Of a stretch of DNA of 29,009 bases, positions 25,902 to 29,009 are shown piece after piece. The stretch comes from a virus (lineage: Duplodnaviria; Caudoviricetes), in IMG/VR virus record IMGVR_UViG_3300005605_000014, positions 1 to 29,009 of that record; one strand, given 5' to 3'. The notes under the pieces were generated by a model, which had not been told where the DNA came from, searched no databases, and worked only from the letters and a program-made list of their open reading frames with translations. The position numbers and the translations under genes are program-made. The stretch's first letter is position 1, and each line of letters begins with the position of its first letter.

Positions 25902-27527
25902 TTATTTATCGGAATCTTTATTTCTAGGTGCTGCTGGTACCTCAGGGGGTTGAGCAGACATTTCTAATACCTTTGCATTCATTTCATTGGTGTGGACAGG
26001 ATCTGGGACAATACCTTTTTGAATATCTGCCGCCATCTGCACATCCATTTCCTCGTAAACAATATCAGATTGCTTGAGGACTTCTTTCCTTATATATTCT
26101 GTAGAATAATATTTGCCAACAAATTGGTCTAACTTCATTAGAATATCGAGGCGAGTATTTAGAATCTCGGCATCGCGTAACTCAGAAAAATGATTGTCAA
26201 ATAGGAAGTCATATTGAATATTTTCTTCCATCTCTTCCCAGTCTTCTGGGGTGAGCACACCCTTGAGGACTAGTTGAGTCTTGAGCATATCGTGGAAAAC
26301 GTATGCAAACTTCTTGCGTAGTCTTCCAACAAATTTGTTGAATTTTAATTCGTCTCGTAATACTTCTGTAGTCTTACCAAGATTAAAACCTTTATTATCA
26401 TCGGTAAGACGTGAAGGTGGTAAGTTGAGTGAATTGTAAAGTTTCTTTTTAAAATACTCAACGTCCTTCAATTCACCTAAGTTTTGTCCACCAGGAAGTG
26501 TAGTAATTTCTGTGCCTCTACCACCTTCACGGCGAGGTAACCAGAAATCCTCAAGCATAGACATATGCTTTTTATCATCACGAATCTCACCAGTGTTTGC
26601 GTCATACACTAGTTTGTTACGATATCTCTGCATAACGTCACGGAGATATTGCTCTGCTTTTACTTTAGGCAAGTTGCCTACATCAATGTAAAAGATACGA
26701 CGTTCTGGTGCTCTTGATAATCTATAGATAACAAGAGAATCTTCAATCATCCTGAGTTGATTGAGTGCCTTGATTGACTTGTGAAGATAACTTAGATTCA
26801 TCTTCTTATTTAAATCCATCAATCCGCAAGGTGCGAATGTAACAGCATCAGCAGCAAACTTTAATCCACCTTGCATGGGGTCGGGACCACCAGCAAAAGA
26901 AATAAATCCTTTTGGATTATACATGTAGTATTCTAGATACTCACCAAAGTCATATGCAGTTGCAGACTGGGGATTTGCGTTTCTATCTACCAGTTGTTGC
27001 GCTGCTTTTTTTTCTCTGTCTTGAATTCTTTGCTTGACTTTTTTAATCTTTAGAGGGTCGATGTATCTTAATTCTACGATACCCTTACCAGGATTTGCTA
27101 AGTCAATTACTTTGTGATAATAGACACGTCCGTCGATATACCAGTTACGGAAAATTTCGTGTGCTTTTTTATCAAAATTTAAAAGTTTTTTAATATACTC
27201 AAACTCTTTGCGAATCTTTCTCTTAATAGGTTCGCCTACTTCTAGGTTTGATAATTCAATCTGCACAGCAGATTGGTCTTCATTACTAACGATTGCTTCG
27301 TTTACAATTTCGTCAATTGCAGTATCAACTTCTGGATGTAGCGCCATATCACGATAGCGCCTAATGAGGTCAAACTCATTACGCGCTGTTCCTTCGATAT
27401 CCACATAATGACCAAAGTAGCCACCAGCTACGGTAGCTACTCCATCGTCTTGCTGCGGAGGAATCGGGGACTGTCCCTTGGGTTTAGAGACGGCCCCATT
27501 GATTGAAAATCCGAAAAGTTGACTCAT
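25902..27527 (-). CDS. gp20: Portal vertex protein (gp20)
   Basis: FRNWYIDGR, NQLRMIEDSLVIYRLSRAPERRIFYIDVGNLPK, MLEDFWLPRREGGRGTEITTLPGG. Confidence 0.98.
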   Translation of the reverse strand: MSQLFGFSINGAVSKPKGQSPIPPQQDDGVATVAGGYFGHYVDIEGTARNEFDLIRRYRDMALHPEVDTAIDEIVNEAIVSNEDQSAVQIELSNLEVGEPIKRKIRKEFEYIKKLLNFDKKAHEIFRNWYIDGRVYYHKVIDLANPGKGIVELRYIDPLKIKKVKQRIQDREKKAAQQLVDRNANPQSATAYDFGEYLEYYMYNPKGFISFAGGPDPMQGGLKFAADAVTFAPCGLMDLNKKMNLSYLHKSIKALNQLRMIEDSLVIYRLSRAPERRIFYIDVGNLPKVKAEQYLRDVMQRYRNKLVYDANTGEIRDDKKHMSMLEDFWLPRREGGRGTEITTLPGGQNLGELKDVEYFKKKLYNSLNLPPSRLTDDNKGFNLGKTTEVLRDELKFNKFVGRLRKKFAYVFHDMLKTQLVLKGVLTPEDWEEMEENIQYDFLFDNHFSELRDAEILNTRLDILMKLDQFVGKYYSTEYIRKEVLKQSDIVYEEMDVQMAADIQKGIVPDPVHTNEMNAKVLEMSAQPPEVPAAPRNKDSDK

Positions 27528-27554
27528 TTTTTAGAATATCACATTATATACCTC

Positions 27555-27562
27555 TATTTATA
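27555..27562 (-). promoter_or_regulatory. Canonical T4 late promoter for gp20
   Basis: Exact TATAAATA. Confidence 0.8.
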
Positions 27563-27566
27563 GAGA

Positions 27567-28157
27567 TTATTTTGCGATACTTCCGCCGCCGCTGGCTGCT
27601 TGTCCCTGTACTGCATGCCAGTATTGTAACTGGAATTCAACAGTGAAGTCCTCAATCTGGTCATTGCTATCATAAGCAACGTCGATTTGAGAAACGTTAG
27701 TTGGGAAACAACCCCAGAGTTTGTATTCTCTGAGCACTGAACCTTCATCGGTCGAGTCTCTCTCAAGTTGCTTGACAGTCAAGTCCTTAAGGAAACCAGT
27801 GCCACCGCCGTCTGGAATAAATGCGTCAGCAGTGTTACCCACATGGGTATTCATTGCTTCCATCCATCTCTCGAAACCATGACGGATGGTGAAGTTTCTA
27901 TCATTGATGATAGTAACTGTCCATGTGTCGAAGGTGCGGTCACCAGCAATTTTTACTGTGCGACCACGGAAAGGTACTTCGATAACACCTAAGTTTGATG
28001 CGGGAAGAGCAGCAGACTTGCAAAGCATGTTTGCTAAGTCATTATCAGGACCATCGCTAACAACGCTTGGCCACTGAAACTCAACTAGGAAGAGATTACT
28101 CTTTACACCCTGCTTGATATTATTTAAGAAGTTGCTTACATTAGATGTAATTGCCAT
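27567..28157 (-). CDS. gp19: Tail tube protein (gp19)
   Basis: CKSAALPASNLGVIEVPFRGRTVKIAGDRTFDTWTVTIIND, FPTNVSQIDVAYD. Confidence 0.96.
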   Translation of the reverse strand: MAITSNVSNFLNNIKQGVKSNLFLVEFQWPSVVSDGPDNDLANMLCKSAALPASNLGVIEVPFRGRTVKIAGDRTFDTWTVTIINDRNFTIRHGFERWMEAMNTHVGNTADAFIPDGGGTGFLKDLTVKQLERDSTDEGSVLREYKLWGCFPTNVSQIDVAYDSNDQIEDFTVEFQLQYWHAVQGQAASGGGSIAK

Positions 28158-28199
28158 TTTAGTTTATCCTCTTACGGTAATTAATTGGTGAATTGTAAA

Positions 28200-29009
28200 T
28201 CAAACTTGACCTGTGACTTCCTGGAAGGAAACACCTGTCTTAGTTGCGATGAAACTTAGGGTGATGTAGTTAATCGACCTTGATGGCTTCAAGTAGATAT
28301 CAGCAACAAACTCATTTCTGTCAATAACGTCAGCAGTGTTATTGCTTTCGTCACAAACGACCAAGAAGTCAGTGACACCTCTCTTTGCCTTTACTTCTTC
28401 CATGTAAGCATTTACAGTGGAGAAGAATGACCCTCTAGTGGTAGTGTCATTTAATTCAAATAGGACACCGCGAGCAGCTGCCTGGACTCTTCTTTCGATG
28501 TTGAGGAATAGACGACGGACGTTAATTCTGTCGAAAGAACTAGGAGTAGACTGTGCAGTCTTGTCACCGAAGAGGACAATACCTTGTCCAGGGAATGAAG
28601 TGATTGGATTGATTCTTTGGAGATACAACTCATCACGGTGTGCTTTGGTTGGAGTGTATGCAAGTTTAATTGCATTTCTCAAGTTTCCTCTTTGGAGTCC
28701 AGCAGGTGAAAACCAATCTTCAGCTGTTAGTGAAGTCTGGACACATAGTCCAGCAATGTCTCCGTTGCATGGAATGTAACGATAAACATCGTTGAAACGG
28801 TCGTAGATATACTTATAACCGCTATCTAAGACAGAATAGGAACTGCTTGGAAAAGAAGAGTAGTGTGCGAGGATTGCATCTTTTTGTGCAGTTGCACTAG
28901 TTAGAGAAACAAAATCTCTGTATGGAGAGCAGAAAGCAATACAATCTTTTCTAGAATCTGCAATCGCGATTGCTGCAAGTTGCTTGGTAGCAGTATCTGC
29001 ACCAGGTTG
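28200..29009 (-). CDS. gp18: Tail sheath protein (gp18), C-terminal part; 5' end lies beyond the window
   Basis: Frame is open to 29009: RKDCIAFCSP, DSGYKYIYDRFNDVYRYIPCNGDIAGL, WFSPAG, FGDKT, FDRINVRRLF, KPSRSINYI. Confidence 0.96.
   Translation of the reverse strand, partial: QPGADTATKQLAAIAIADSRKDCIAFCSPYRDFVSLTSATAQKDAILAHYSSFPSSSYSVLDSGYKYIYDRFNDVYRYIPCNGDIAGLCVQTSLTAEDWFSPAGLQRGNLRNAIKLAYTPTKAHRDELYLQRINPITSFPGQGIVLFGDKTAQSTPSSFDRINVRRLFLNIERRVQAAARGVLFELNDTTTRGSFFSTVNAYMEEVKAKRGVTDFLVVCDESNNTADVIDRNEFVADIYLKPSRSINYITLSFIATKTGVSFQEVTGQV

Noticed and set aside
27552-27565. Palindrome CTCTAT-TT-ATAGAG around the gp20 late promoter
   Set aside because: A short AT-rich stem with a 2-nt loop, largely produced by the TATAAATA box itself.

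Overview
This window is part of the core genome of a T4-like marine cyanophage (cyanomyovirus). Essentially all real genes lie on the minus strand. In transcription order (right to left): tail sheath gp18 (5'-truncated), gp19, portal gp20, a small prohead protein, gp21, gp22, major capsid gp23, gp3, uvsY, uvsW, an Sm-like protein, late sigma gp55, gp47, a DUF3110-like protein, gp46, a zincin-peptidase/vWA protein plus a MoxR-type AAA ('CobS'), two small ORFs, clamp gp45, SAM decarboxylase speD, gp44, a Dam-like methyltransferase, gp62, regA, hsp20, two more Sm-like proteins, DNA polymerase gp43, uvsX, helicase gp41, mazG, ferredoxin petF, a 23-aa membrane peptide, a 65-aa ORF and a 3'-truncated (>429 aa) probable PD-(D/E)xK nuclease missing from the ORF track. 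The gene order is largely canonical. The most interesting signals are non-coding or post-transcriptional: (1) a ROSE-like RNA thermometer in the hsp20 leader; (2) a candidate ~55-nt late sRNA directly upstream of a tandem pair of acidic-tailed Sm-like genes, in the same block as regA and hsp20; (3) a perfect-consensus sigma70 promoter firing antisense into the Sm-like/uvsW/uvsY late operon, back-to-back with the gp55 promoter; (4) a T4-style RBS-occluding hairpin with a late promoter in its loop in front of the putative nuclease; (5) two tandem duplications that copy translation start regions. All calls come from reading sequence and motifs by eye; no database searches were run.
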